DNA from: Stylophora pistillata
Lineage: Eukaryota
Reading direction: 5' to 3'
Assembly (NCBI RefSeq): GCF_002571385.2
Contig: NW_019217911.1
Span: 521,399 to 585,398 of the forward strand
Length of the DNA stretch: 64,000 nt
Shown here: one piece after another, positions 36,401 through 48,187 of the stretch
Layout: each line of letters starts with the position of its first letter
Position numbering within the stretch: the stretch's first letter is position 1
Position numbers and translations under genes: made by a program
The notes under the pieces: model-generated
Seen by the model: only the letters and a program-made list of their open reading frames with translations
Database searches by the model: none
Told to the model about the DNA's origin: nothing

Positions 36401-39400
36401 ACAATATTGTACTGTTATGTTATATAGCTGAAAAGTTTCTTTGATATGTTAATCTGAAATATAAGTATGTAATTTTTCAACAGCAACTTCTCAAACTACA
36501 GAAACAGGTTCTCAATGCCAGGAAACACAGAAGGTATCTTTTACAGGTATGAGAAACTGGTGAACACAGAAACAGCTCAATGTGAAGTGGTACATTGCAC
36601 ATCAACAGTCATATAACACTAGTGACAGCCCCCCAAAAACTTACTTTATGTTTTTTCTCCAAGGTTCAAGTTTTCCATCCTTCTCTTTCTAATTATTTAC
36701 ACAAAGCCTTTGCCATTGCTGTTCCAAACAGTATTGAGGTGGTGAATCTCAGAATTTTTATCTTTGTTTGCTGCTCAAGAAAAGAGAAACCCTTTGGAAA
36801 TTTCTCAAGATACAATTAAGATTAGTTGAAAAACCATTGCAATATTCTTGATGGTGCACATGTGTCTCTTTTTTTGGTTTATTTTATCTTAATTGATACA
36901 CATAATTTCTTGAATACTCTATAGTTGGAACATTGGTCCTGCACATATCATTAGCTATTCTACAGAAGTCTACTTCTGGTTGCAGTATGGAATTGAACAG
37001 ATAGTTCAGCAGTAAGAGTGGCTTATCAGAGACCTAGAGGTAAACAAATATTCCTCACCCGTGTAATCATTCCTTTCTTCCCCTTCCCTTGTCTCTTCAC
37101 CTCTTCAGTTGTACCCTTTCTTCCTTCTTTCCCTTTCCATAATTCATTCATTCCTTCCTCTTCTCTCAATTTCCCACAAACTCCTTTTCCTGGTATCTTT
37201 ATTCCTTCCCTCAAAGCATGGGTAATGGTCTGTGTTCTCTAGAGAATATTTCGCATCCAGTGATACAAAACGCTGACTGTCAAAGCAGGGCTGGTAGCCC
37301 ACTAGCCACAGACTAGTAGAAATTCAGTTTTGGCAAGTGGTTTTCAATTTCCACTAGCCAGTTTGGCTAGTAAACAGACTGAAATTGTCTTAATATCTAA
37401 AAACATCTAAGATGCCACTAGCCACTTGGCTAGTAAGTTGAAAAGTTAGTGTCGAGCCCTGCAAATTAAGGTTAAAATTTATGGCAGATCAAGACTGATA
37501 TTTTACTTCTTTGTCTAATAAAGCAACAGGCTCTCCAGAAATAAGTAGCAGGTGTTTCTGGAGAAGATTCGAAATGTTATCCATTATTTGTTAGGATGTA
37601 TCATAACTGTTGTTCCCTATGGTGTTACATTAAAACAATTAGCCAATAGCATAATCTACACTTTAAACAGCTGAGGCTTGTGATTTTTTCTAACTTATTT
37701 CTCATGATGTGTAATTGAAACTGAGTGAGCCTCACATGTATCGTCTATTTAATTGCAGGAGGCAACACTTCCTGAAAACCGCAGCAAACGTCCCTGGATC
37801 ATCACGATGGCTCACAAACCAATGTACTGCAGTAATGACAATCCTAATGACTGCACTAAAACTAACAGCATGGTAAGGTTACTGGGAACTCTGAAACTTG
37901 TTACTTTTTTCTTGGGTTAAAGTAAAAGTGTACTTAATTTTGGTAAGTCTCTTTTACTCACTTTTACATAGAACACTGGTACCTCATGTAGCTTCTCACA
38001 ATTTTCACATACAGTCTCTTTGGATACTTGTGTGATTATGTTTATTTTAATAGGAAAAAGAGGGCCTTGGTTGGGTATTGTAATTCTATAAGCTCTTTTG
38101 ATCTTTGTATTGTTCCCCAGAGTTCATCAATACTACATTTAGAGCTGCTTCTGATTCTAGAGTGATATTGCCAAAAGGCCATTTCAGAATTACCTTTGGC
38201 GTCTTTTACAAAGCCAGTCCTAGTGCTCATCCTTTAATGTGATTTTAAATTTTCTTTCATGTGCAAATTTAACTCATTTTCATACAAATTGTGGATCACC
38301 AAGCCTCGTTTTGAAACAGAGGCCAAAGCTAATTTTGAAAATGGCCTATTTCTCAATCTTATGACAACAACCTATAGGAAAGAAGAGTTTGTTTTCCCCT
38401 TTAAGATAGTGCAGTTATCAACAGTATCCTAGGTGACTGCAGGTATTAACATGCGTCTTTTCTTCTTCTTCTTTTTTCTAGATTCGCACTGGAATAACTT
38501 CCAAGCATTTGTGGCCTTTGGAAGACTTGTTTTACAAATATGGTATAAAGAAAATGATTTTTGGAAACAAGTTTGACCTTTGATTTGAACTCACTTTGTA
38601 GTTATTTTTTGTGTCAAATTATGGTCATGCAGAGAGGAACTAGAATTGCACTTGGAATAAATTGTGCTAAATGGTGTTCAAAGCATGTAATTTATTCAAA
38701 TTTGCAAATTTTCCATCTCCATTATAGGTGTGGATTTGATGTTGGAAGCTCATGAGCACTCGTATGAACGATTGTGGCCCATTTACAACATGCAGGTTAG
38801 TTTGGCAATGGTAGCCTGTTCCAGTTGTTTTATAAGAAACAGTGTGATGATAATGGTGAAGTGAAGACACAAGGGAGGGGTGGGTCTTGCCCTGACCAGG
38901 ACAAAATCTCCTTTGTGTTTTTACTCTTTTGCCACTATTACTCCATCTATGATCACCTTGTTTTAGCAACTAAACAGCCAGAACAAGCCATGGGATTCAT
39001 TGCACAAGTTTCAAGAGTATGCATGGTGTGATCTGATCTTTGTGTCTATGTACAGGAGAATCTTCATACTTTCCTATGCAGCATTCTTTTTCTATTGCTA
39101 ATTTCAAGGTATCTCTATCTTTGGGTAACTAAAATGTGCACCATGCAGGTGATGGTCCTGTTCAACAAAAGAATATGTAGGGTCACTGTTCTCTCAACCT
39201 TTGGAGACCCAAGGGCAAATAATCTGGCGAGAGGAAAGCCCAGCAGTGGTTTCTGTCTGTTGAGATTTACCATTTGCATCCTTCTATAACAGTACCATTG
39301 CTGTAGTTTCCTTTCCCCTGATTATTTGTTCCTGAGTCTCCAAGGAGGCTGTTTTCAGGAGTTTGCTTTCATTGCTACTTATAGAAGGCAGGAGTTTCAA

Positions 39401-41020
39401 TATTTTTTTCCACATGTGGCTACCAATAGTGTAATAGGTGGCTGTTCCCGGAAGGGGTTTCAAGGCAAAATGCATACAGAGAACTTGCTACGAGGCTAAA
39501 CAGACAGTGGTAAGAGGTCTTATAAATCGCAGTAGACCATCCCTAACCTGCTTTTATTGAAACCCCTGAGGAGGTAACATCATCAGTGCTTCTAAGCTTT
39601 TTGGGGTTTAAGTCTTAAATTTCTTTAAATAAACTCTAAGGTAAGTTCTTATTGTTAACACTCTTACTTTATGTTTCTCTTTCCAGGTTTGCAATGGATC
39701 TCTTGAGGAACCATACACCAACCCTTGCGCCCCAGTTCATATCATCACTGGTTCAGCGGTATGTCAGCCATCAGCACTAGTATTCTGTTTTGAATAATTA
39801 TGTAAATTACAACTGCTTATCATAATATTATGATAGACAAACATGGCAAGATCAGGGTCTCTCAAGGATTATTGGAATGCAAATACCTGACCCATTACCT
39901 TTGGAGAATGTTCAAACCCCTTCACCTCTAAATGTCAGCCTGCTCATTCTCCTTATAGCTCTCTATACATTTCCTTTGGAAATAGTAAGAAGAGTTTGTT
40001 TAACAGTCAAAAGATTCTTTAAGTGGCAATCATTTTTCTTACACACATGGCCATAGTGTGAGATGCAGCGGTAGTACTGTAAGGAAAAATAAGACTTTTT
40101 TGTTAGTCGAGTACGTTTTAAGGGTTGAGGGGACAGTCAAAGGCCCCCTGTCCCTGAGGTCCTTGTTCCTTGCGTCCATAGAGTGACAACCAGCTTGTCT
40201 CCCAATGGGTCGATCATTGTCATGTTTCACTCTCTTTTCCCCACTGATTTGCAATTGAATGGTATTTCTTACAGGGATGTGTTTCCAAGCATGACCCGTT
40301 CAAGAAGGACAAGCCTTTTTGGACAGCTTTCCGTACTCTGAATTATGGTTACACCCAGATGACGATCCATAATAAAACTCACATAGGCATACAGCAAGTG
40401 GATGTTGACCTAGTAAGTATAGATAGGAGAAACCTAAGGGCACATTAACTATGGGCTTGCAAAGTTCAGAGACTTAGAGGCAATGACAACACTGAGTTTC
40501 GAAGTGGTAAAAACTGTTGTGGAACGTACTGAAGAGGAACTTATCAACAAAAGAATGTGTGGTCAGCAGTTTTAGTCCAGAAGGAATTTGGTTTACATCA
40601 AGAGTTGAAGGGTGGATGAGGATGGTGAAAATTTTGCTGAATAACTGGACACATCCTGATAGGAATTTATGATATCAGAATTTACCTCATTTAAAAGATT
40701 TTTTAGTTGTAACAGCAAGTTTGGAGGGATAAAATTTGGTCAGTGAATATGGGGTCTTGTGATTTGATGGTCAGGTGACATCCACTTATATTTTCTTGTT
40801 TTCTCTGCACCCTTTTGTTTCATTTTGGGATTTATTTTCTGGTAACCAGAGGCAGTTGTTTTTGAAAAAGGCTTAAATATTTACTGTCTTGTGGCAAAAG
40901 GTAAACTGATTTCTGTGTTGTCCTTATTTTAATCAGGGTGGAGAAGTTGTGGACAAAATAATGCTGATAAAGGATGTCCATGGACCAGAAGCATGGGTTA
41001 GAAAGAGCACAATGAATTGA
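30129..41020 (+). CDS. ACP7: Purple acid phosphatase ACP7-like copy 1, 13 exons, 442 codons, with one in-frame TAA at codon 256 (nonsense allele, young pseudogene or base error)
   Basis: Exons 30129-30234, 31712-31912, 34176-34358, 34592-34617, 35028-35125, 36484-36546, 36925-37039, 37759-37872, 38482-38542, 38728-38795, 39687-39758, 40275-40412, 40937-41020. Signal peptide, PQQIHIS, metal motifs GDLG, GDFAY, GNHE, ITMAH, AHEHSYER, HIITGSAG. TAA at 37013-37015. Confidence 0.9.
33414..33765 (-). mobile_element. L2/CR1-like LINE 3' end with (AAT)n tail
   Basis: Minus strand encodes TYGSKAFSVSAPELWKKLP (LINE ORF2 C-terminus); (AAT)12 at 33415-33450. Confidence 0.65.
35482..36394 (+). mobile_element. 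Internally deleted pogo/Tigger-like DNA transposon
   Basis: TIRs CCGTAATTATTCATCTATAAGCCGA / TCGGCTTATAGATGAATAAATATGG, flanked by TA; internal remnant KYPWLDERLRYWFTEQRSQG resembles a CENP-B-type HTH. Confidence 0.8.
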
Positions 41021-42753
41021 CCCCTCATTGCCATCAGAGTAGATAAGAAGCTTGAGAAAATAGCTTGAGCAACTTACAAGGAACTACTCTTCTTACAGAA
41101 TACTCAATTCCACCAACGGCTACCAATCTCTATCCTTGCAACTAAATGTTGTGCCTTAATTGCAGTCAAACTGTATCTGATTATGATTTTGGGATTGCGT
41201 TTCTAGAGAAACTGAGTTGATTATGCAAACTGGATGCAGTAAAGAGTTTGTAAAGCTATATGTGCCCATGTTATACCCTCTTTGATGTAAGCATCTACTC
41301 TTTATTGATTTGTGAATCTATTAAATTATTAGGTAAAACTGAGTTGAGATTGACTTTATTTCATCTTATTTCAGCAATTAGTACACTACAGTGAAATATA
41401 TGAAATTACCATGTGCAAGATTTTTGACAAATTTACTACTTTTTTTTTTGTCTGGATTGAAGATGTTGGTAGCTATAGAACCAGTTCCGGCAAGGTTCTC
41501 TTATTAGTCAGCGTGTTAGAATTAGGAGACGGGAGGGGATTTTGAGTTCATTTTTACTATTAAGTAGAAGTTGCAATTAATCAACTGTGAAGAGGTGTAG
41601 AAAAACACCATTTATATATCGTGTATTCATGCATAGTGTCTTATGGGTACTATGATGAACATTGAAAAAGGACTCTGACAACGTAATTATCTTCGTTCAA
41701 ATTCAAAATAGCTGGTTTTTAAAAATGCTATTAAAAAGTTAGACTTGTCAGGTTTGATATGATCGTAAATCTATATCTTGAAATTATTAATTAGTCTTAG
41801 CTTAATTTTATTTTATGAATGAGTTATATCTAGTCCTGTAAATAGGTTTCAATTTTAAATTTGAAACCTATAATTATCATTTTAGTTACTTTTTGAAGGT
41901 ATTTTTTCTCAATTTTATGTTTTATTTTTTACAATTTTCTAACTGGTGAGTTTTTTTCTCACTAAAGCTAAGCGTATATATACAATAAAATTGACTCGAA
42001 CTTGACTTGACTTAGAGTTCTGTTTTGTTTCATTATCGAGTTTACCCCCAGTTTCGTATGATATTAGTCACAGTTTGAATCGCTTACGTAGCTAGTCGTT
42101 CCTGGTTGAAGGGGTTTATAATTTATTATACCCTTATTAGAGGACGCCCCCTTATTACTTCGGAGTTGAAGATAGGAGAGATCGAAGGAGTCACACCGGA
42201 GTGCTTTACTAAAGTTTTGTCTGTTTGAGTTACGCAACGTTGGAGTTTCTTTACGCTTTTAAGACAGGATCAGATGGAAGTTGCAGTCTATGGTACTCCG
42301 TTTCGTTTTCCTTTCGATTCCTTTTCTTTGTAATTAATCTTAGCACCTTTCCTTATTTTGTACATTGTAATTTTCCCCTCCTAGTTTTCACCAGACGAGT
42401 ACAATATTCAAACTAGTCATGATCGGATTAAATGCTGTTAAATCAACTTGTACTGTCTATTTGTGCACTGTATTGGCACTTCCCGAACTCCAGTGTACTT
42501 CGCTGATCCGCGTCTGCTGCACTGGATACGCGACAGGTACCCTTTAAACCCCAGCTCTATGGCGAATATGAGGAGTCTGTTCATTTTGTTGAAGAAAAGA
42601 GAATTCTTTTCGTAGTCACATCCCAAATTTAACAATCCTTTTGATAATGTACAGACCTAGTGACGAGAAAACCAATCAACCCTGAACTTTCTGGTAAAAA
42701 TAGAGGAATCATATTAAAAAACGAGACTAAAACAAATTATTAGTTTTAATCAG

Positions 42754-42850
42754 AAGGCAACATGGTCGAGTGGTCAACGTGTCGGACTTGCGATCAGCCG
42801 CTCCCGGGTTCAAGTCCCGCCCTGACCACTGCCCGGATTTGTTTCACGGT
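42754..42850 (+). mobile_element. tRNA-derived SINE head (family C); a related decayed copy is at 43771-43862
   Basis: AGGCAACATGGTCGAGTGGTCAACGTGTCGGACTTGCGATC..CCCGGGTTCAAGTCCCGCCCTGACCACT..GGATTTGTTTCACGG. Confidence 0.65.
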
Positions 42851-44111
42851 TTCATGGGATTCTTAATAATGTTATTTTCAATTTGTATTATTTGTTTCAG
42901 TTGTTTGGTGGAAAACCTGTAAACTAGCTTCTAGCTAAGTGTTTCTCCACGTTAAACTGTCTACTTACTTTTTTATATAATGAATAACTGAAAAATGTAT
43001 TATTTTGTACTTTGAATGAAGAAAATTTTTTCTCATTCATTTTACTTGTGAATACGTTTTGAGTTCTTCCCTTCACTTAATTCGGAAGCTAGAATGAGCA
43101 CTGGTAAGGTTTGCAACCTGCCTTCTTAAACTTAACTTCAGTTCTTGTTTGAATGCTGGTTTGTTTGAAGAAATACCTTACATATTTTTCAGATCTACCT
43201 CAAATTATTTCTGTACCACATATACAATTTCATATTTTGAAGTTTTATAGAAAGATGAATCCGCGAATCTTATGCGCTGATGGCAGTATTTGGTAATAAT
43301 AATAACTTGTGGGCATCAATCTCGTTTCTGGGTTACAGGATTTAAAGGCTAAAAGTAAGGGTTTTCCGGAAGATTGAACGGTTTCTATGGCGAACGTGTT
43401 TGTGAAAAATTCAATTACAATAATTTGGTGAGAAACAATTGGGCAGTAAGTCAATAGCATTTCCAGGGAAATAGACGAGAAAGTATGGTAGGTTCGATCT
43501 ATTAAAAAAAAAAATTGTGTCAGAGGATAACCAGCATTACGAGCCATACTATTACACAGATCAAAGATCTCCTCGGCCCATCATGGAAAAAAAAAAGGTT
43601 TGCAAACACACAACTTTAAGAGAGGCTCTCATAGGACAATAACAAAGATCGAAGCTGCGCGAAACAACATGCCCCTTGAGCGACCTGGTAAGGTGTTCCT
43701 TCTGACCCCAGTATTAGCAAAGATGTCAGTGTGGTCTATTCTCGCATGGATGAAGTAAGACTTGACACAGTAGGCTGCATGGTCAAATGGAGAGAGCACT
43801 GGACCCTCAAAACGTAGGTCCGCTCTGTTTACCCCATGGATTTGTTTTTGGGTAGTCCATAGTTTTGTTTTAGTATTTTATTTTTCCTCCACTCCAGCGG
43901 TAAATTCACATATTAATTTAAAACAATTATAGTTCATAGTTTTTCTTTTAGCAAAAACCTTGGTCTTCTTTCCAATTGGTCAGAGAGGAGAGAGGAAGGA
44001 CAAGACTTAAAATAAGTATATAAAATGTAGTGTCGAATCTATATGATAATGCCAGTAGCTTTTCACTCAAAGGTTCACCGTCTAAACACTGACAAAACGT
44101 CTCCAAGAATT

Positions 44112-47100
44112 TTAGCTGAAGAAACGCTGGTGCATCATTTCCATTGATTTATCACCGGTAATATCCACCAACTTGTTTGCCGCAGCAGACACATAATTCT
44201 TGTTAGTTTGATACCTAAAATGTGGCCTTTCCGCGTCGAGTGCTTCTAGGATCACCTGGGCAATTTCATCCGGAGTTTGAACCATGGTAGAGAAAGAACC
44301 TCGCATCTTTTTAACGCAGTTATCAAGAAGATGTTTTGTTTCATCATCTACTTCGTCAAGGAGAGCGTCACTTTCGGATATCATTTTAGTATTGGCGAAA
44401 AAAGATGTTGAAACTGGCCCTGGTTCAATCACAGAGCATCTGTCGTTACAATGAAAAAACAATGCGAAAATTTGATAACGTAAAGCACTGAAATGGTAAG
44501 GTAGGAGGGGGGAGGGGAGGGGAGGGGAGGGGGCTGGGACAGGAAGCATACGAGATGGATGTCAGCGGAAACATCGCTATTGAGAAGGATCCTATTTTTC
44601 CTCTCCACGCAATCTTCGCTTCAGTCATAAATCGAAGGGGGAAAACTCGATCTCATCATAGTGTATTTGCACGAACAGTACATCCCTTTATTTGTTATCA
44701 GTTTCCACTAAAACAGAGAATAGCATTCAAAGCCCGCTCTGGTTGGCAACTCAAACTCCGAACATCCTTTGCTTTTTACCTCTGAGCTTCCTCTTAGCAA
44801 CGCTCGCAGGATTTACGAACGAAAATATTTAAATCATAGCAGGAGAAAATGAGTTAAAATCATGTTTTTGTGCTATATTACCTCACTGTTTTAGTATATA
44901 ATTAAAACAACTATGCACCTTAGTGGCTAGCGAAGGATATACGTTTACCTCACCGATTCGCAACTCGGTAAATAGCCACCTCCACTTTGCTGAATAGTTG
45001 TTCAAATATAAACACTTTCTTTAAAGTGTTGTCACACTTGCCTACGTACCTCACATTAAAGGTCTTGAGCAACGGAGCCAAAGATTCACACAGACCCTCT
45101 ACAGCGAACTTCGACGCACAATAAATGCCATTGAAGGGCACTCCATTGATACCGCCCATACTGGATACGCAGATAATGTGACCCTCCTTGTTGGACTTCA
45201 TATATGGAAGTACAGCCCTGGTGAGACGTAATACTCCGAAAAAATTGGTCTCGAATATGTTCCTTGCTGAATCCATACTTTGTACCTCCAGTGGACCAAA
45301 ATAGCCTATTCCAGCATTGTTTACTGCAAGGGTATAGAAGTAAATTTATTTGCAATGGTAATGATTTTAATTTAATACAATATCTTGTACATAATTCACC
45401 AGTTAGGTTCAGTTGCAGAAGTCGACCCCTTGGTAAGGAAAACAACACAAGGCTACTTCTCACTGACAGATTGGAGTCGAAGTCGAAATCAGAAGAGTGG
45501 AGAATACTCCAAAGATCACTTCAAAATTAGACCGATACGGAAGCAAGGAACGAAAGCCACGTTTGCATAGGTGAACAACATTATTTATTGCGGGGGTGGG
45601 GGATTTTGGTTGTACCCTAGTAAAATTAATGTCATACCCTCCTAAAGCTCTGCAATATCCTTTTGATCCCCTCTCTATGGTTCCCCCCTTTATACTCCCT
45701 TCCCCCTTCATTCCCTCTTTAAACCATGTGATCCCCCCAAAAATCCTCCAGCCCTGCAAGCGATATGTAGTTACCAGTCCCTAGGCTGCCGCTGATAGTG
45801 TAGCACTGATGGCTGTGTCCGGAATAGGGGTCGTAAGGCAAACCCAAACAGAGGAGCCTGCTCCCATCCAAAACAGACAGGCGGTAAGAGATCTTATAAG
45901 CTTTTAACTGGCTTTTATTGAAACTGTGAAATGTTCAGCAAGCAACCGTGGACGATAATCCTACTCTTGTACGTTGGATCAGCAGTGATCTAATCGGCCC
46001 AAAATAACGAATATAAATATAGAGGCAAGACCGATACAACGTAGATAAGTTTTAAAACGGAGCACTATATTTCGGCTGGCCAAACCAACCTTCTTCAGGT
46101 GCAGTGGGAATTGACATAGAATTAAGGTGGCACTTAGATACCTGTATGATGTAAAAGTGGAAATACGTAAAACTAATTTGATTGACAATGAGATAATAAT
46201 TAAAAATAGAAATAGTAAATAAAAATAGAAGTAAAAGTGGGGTAACTTGAATAAATTAAATAACTAGAAGTAAGAATAGTAGAAAGAAAAAGACTAATAC
46301 ATTTCTTCACGAGCGCTAAGGTCATCGGGATAAATAGTATTGCCTCTTGAAATTAAAAAGGCTTCCCTGGCCTTGCGGATCGAGTCTCGCTTGGAAAACA
46401 CTTTTTCGATGGCGATAGGCTCCATGTCGTAAGCAGAGTGGTTGGGAGAGGAAAGAAAGTGTTCTGCGACTGTAGTAGGTTTAGATTTAGAGTTAAGTTT
46501 ATCGATGGTACGGCGGTGTTCATAAGTACAGTCTTTTAAACGTCGTGTAGTTTCTCCTATGTATTGTAAGTTACAGCGGTTACATTGAATCAATTAGAGA
46601 AGGTTTTTAGTGTCACAAGTCAAGAGAATAAGTACTTGTTAGTAAGTAAGTTAATAAGTTAATAAGTTAATAAGTAAGTTAGTAAGTTAATAAGTACAAG
46701 TTAATAGTACTTGTTTCACCGGTAGAAAAAAAGGTATAGTTAGTAAGTCGGTCAGATATGTAGGAACAAGTAGCGCAGTTACTACCACAATGGAAAGAGC
46801 GGGGAGGGGGGGGGAGTTGAGTATGGGAAGTGGTAGAATTGGAGGGGAGTTTGGCTGTAACTAATGTGTCGCGAAGGTTGGGGGAGCGTCTGAAGGCAAT
46901 AACTGGTCTTGCCTCTATATTTTTATTGAAACACCTGCCTATTTATAGTCTGGACCAAATAGTTATAGTCTAGAATAGTCTGGATTGAAAAACCTTAATG
47001 CTCTACCGTGACGCTAATTTCTAATTCCTATGTTGACAAGAAATACATTTCTGAATAGTTTGACGACAAAGCTATTTAAAACGGCGGCGCGCGTCACGGT

Positions 47101-48021
47101 AAGGATAAGGATTTCATAAGGTTTTCATAAGGATTTCATAAGGATTTCGGTAAGGTAAGGATTTCATAAGGATCGGAGTGGCGCAACATCGGAAGCTAGA
47201 AATAACGTTAGAGAAGTCGGCTTAGTATAAACTTTCTATTGGTGGTTACAAAAGATATGCGATTTTCCGAGTGACTTATATATCGTGTGAAGCAACATTC
47301 TCTCTAAGAAGGGGGGAAGGGGTTATTGCGAGATGCGGGATGGAGAGGTTTTAATTTTCAAGACCAGAGAAAATACGAAATTAAAACCCCGTGAATTTTT
47401 TTTGGTGCTTTTCGCGATGCGTGAACGTTAAAGTTGTTTATCCGATGCGTTATTTCTACTTTTTCTTTTATGTTCGTAAACTGTGCACTGTACCCCTCCT
47501 CTCCCTCCCATCTCTTCTTGCGAGTGGCCCTCGCAAGCGTAATTATATATTCTCCTCTTACGCCTCCGATTTTCGATATTTACTGTGTCGTTAAAGACGA
47601 GAGCTCGTTGCTAGTGAAAAGATCGAATTTCCATACCTTGCCGCGAGTGAATTACATTTTGTTTATTCAAAGCAGTTGATCAAAGGTGTAGCCGGAGCCA
47701 TTTTGCAGAACATTCAAACTCCCTACTTTCCCGCAAGAAAATAAAGGAAAACTTACTGACGACATCAATTCGCTGATGTGCAGATATAACCTCTTGAACA
47801 ACCGCGTTAACAGAATCATCCGAACACACATCCATGGCCTTTATGAAAAGTGTGTCTCCGAGGACATACTTTCCTCGTTCCTCAAGCTCTTTCTTCTTCT
47901 CAAGATTTCGCATCGTTGCATAAACTTTGAAACGCTTATGTTGATCACTGGCCAGTAAAATAGCCGCAGACAATCCTATTCCCGATGAACAACCGCTAAC
48001 GAGTACTATTTTTCCGGCCAT
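44112..48021 (-). CDS. Short-chain dehydrogenase/reductase, retinol dehydrogenase 8 / 17-beta-HSD1-like, 3 exons, 288 aa
   Basis: Exons 48021-47757, 45323-45050, 44439-44112 (867 nt). Motifs VLVSGCSSGIG, VYATMRN, INNAG, ETNFFG, YCASK, IEPGPV. Confidence 0.93.
45925..46920 (-). mobile_element. 5'-truncated Penelope-like element (GIY-YIG) with pLTR, short inverted pLTR fragment and 12-bp target-site duplication
   Basis: ORF 46294-46593 IQCNRCNLQYIGET..HFLS..RKAREAFLI; upstream PVIAFRRSPNLRDTLV. Inverted fragment GGTCTTGCCTCTATAT at 46905-46920; TTTTATTGAAAC at 45913-45924 and 46921-46932. Confidence 0.88.
46062..46102 (-). ncRNA. Minimal hammerhead ribozyme in the Penelope pLTR
   Basis: Minus strand: GCAC-CTGAAGA-A-GGTTGG-TTTGG-CCAGCC-GAAA-TATA-GTGC; stem I GCAC/GTGC, 6-bp stem II. 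Confidence 0.72.
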
Positions 48022-48187
48022 ATTACAAGAAAGTGACTTCTCAAAGTACTATGTCGTTGCGTGACTGCAACTCAGATATCCGACGGCCGTTAAAAACCCT
48101 CGTTTGGATGCAACTCGTTATAAGCTCGTGATAGTCACATGACTCGTTCCCAGCAGTAGCTGTCCGAACTTGTCTGAGTTCTTCTTC
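48022..48187. promoter_or_regulatory. Putative bidirectional promoter between the SDR gene and ACP7 copy 2, containing AGTCACATGACT (M-box/CLEAR-like E-box)
   Basis: Divergent ATGs at 48021 (-) and 48188/48209 (+); motif at 48133-48144. Confidence 0.6.

Noticed and set aside
17549-37015. Stop-codon reassignment suggested by two isolated in-frame stops (TAG in Roco, TAA in ACP7 copy 1)
   Set aside because: TAA is the normal terminator of the deacetylase, SDR and ACP7 copy 3 genes, and thousands of other codons have no internal stops. Point mutations or base errors are simpler explanations.
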